Shown here: positions 63,840 to 64,000 of the stretch, piece after piece
How the letters are laid out: each line of letters opens with the position of its first letter
Position numbering within the stretch: the first letter of the stretch is position 1
Source: Vicugna vicugna
Taxonomy: Eukaryota
Direction of reading: 5' to 3'
DNA length: 64,000 bases
Assembly (NCBI GenBank): GCA_013265495.1
Contig: MU057801.1
Span: 2,758,765 to 2,822,764, forward strand
Made by a program: the position numbers and the translations under genes
The notes under the pieces: model-generated
Told to the model about the DNA's origin: nothing
Seen by the model: only the letters and a program-made list of their open reading frames with translations
Database searches by the model: none

Positions 63840-64000
63840 TTCGTTTACAGCAGCCTTACTGAGATATCACGTGGTTTTTAATGTATTTAAAGAGCAGGGC
63901 AACCATCCTCACTGTATTTCCAAAACATTTTCGTCACCCAGCGAGGAGACCCTCCCATTCACACCCCAGCCCCAGTGCCGGGCAACACTGTGTCTGTGAG
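63840..64000 (-). mobile_element. L1MB-type 3' end fragment, cut by window end
   Basis: CAACCATCCTCACT...TTCCAAAACATTTTCGTCACCC. Confidence 0.5.

Overview
Mammalian genomic DNA, almost certainly a camelid (alpaca/llama/camel): it carries tRNA-derived SINEs matching the camelid Vic-1 family, and PYGB looks artiodactyl. The window holds the complete ENTPD6 gene on the + strand (CpG-island promoter and non-coding first exon near 13.2-13.3 kb; 13 coding exons from 22704 to 35606; 1371 nt = 456 aa + stop; all introns GT-AG and phase-compatible). It is followed in tandem by the promoter and first four coding exons of PYGB (brain glycogen phosphorylase, ATG at 44690, gene continues past the window end). 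This ENTPD6-PYGB order matches human chr20p11. The rest is a U6 snRNA retrocopy, L1 fragments of several ages (some with target-site duplications), Vic-1-like SINEs, MaLR/ERVL LTRs, Tigger-derived MITEs, simple repeats and two N gaps. I found no convincing new biological system. The best second-look items are: a strong AT-to-GC substitution bias with CpG retention in the U6 copy, old L1s and the ENTPD6 protein; a G-rich minisatellite that clones the PYGB exon-1 splice donor; a dead counterpart of the human ENTPD6 N-terminal exon; and an orphan CpG-rich island near 6 kb. Comparisons to human or consensus sequences are from memory, not from database searches.
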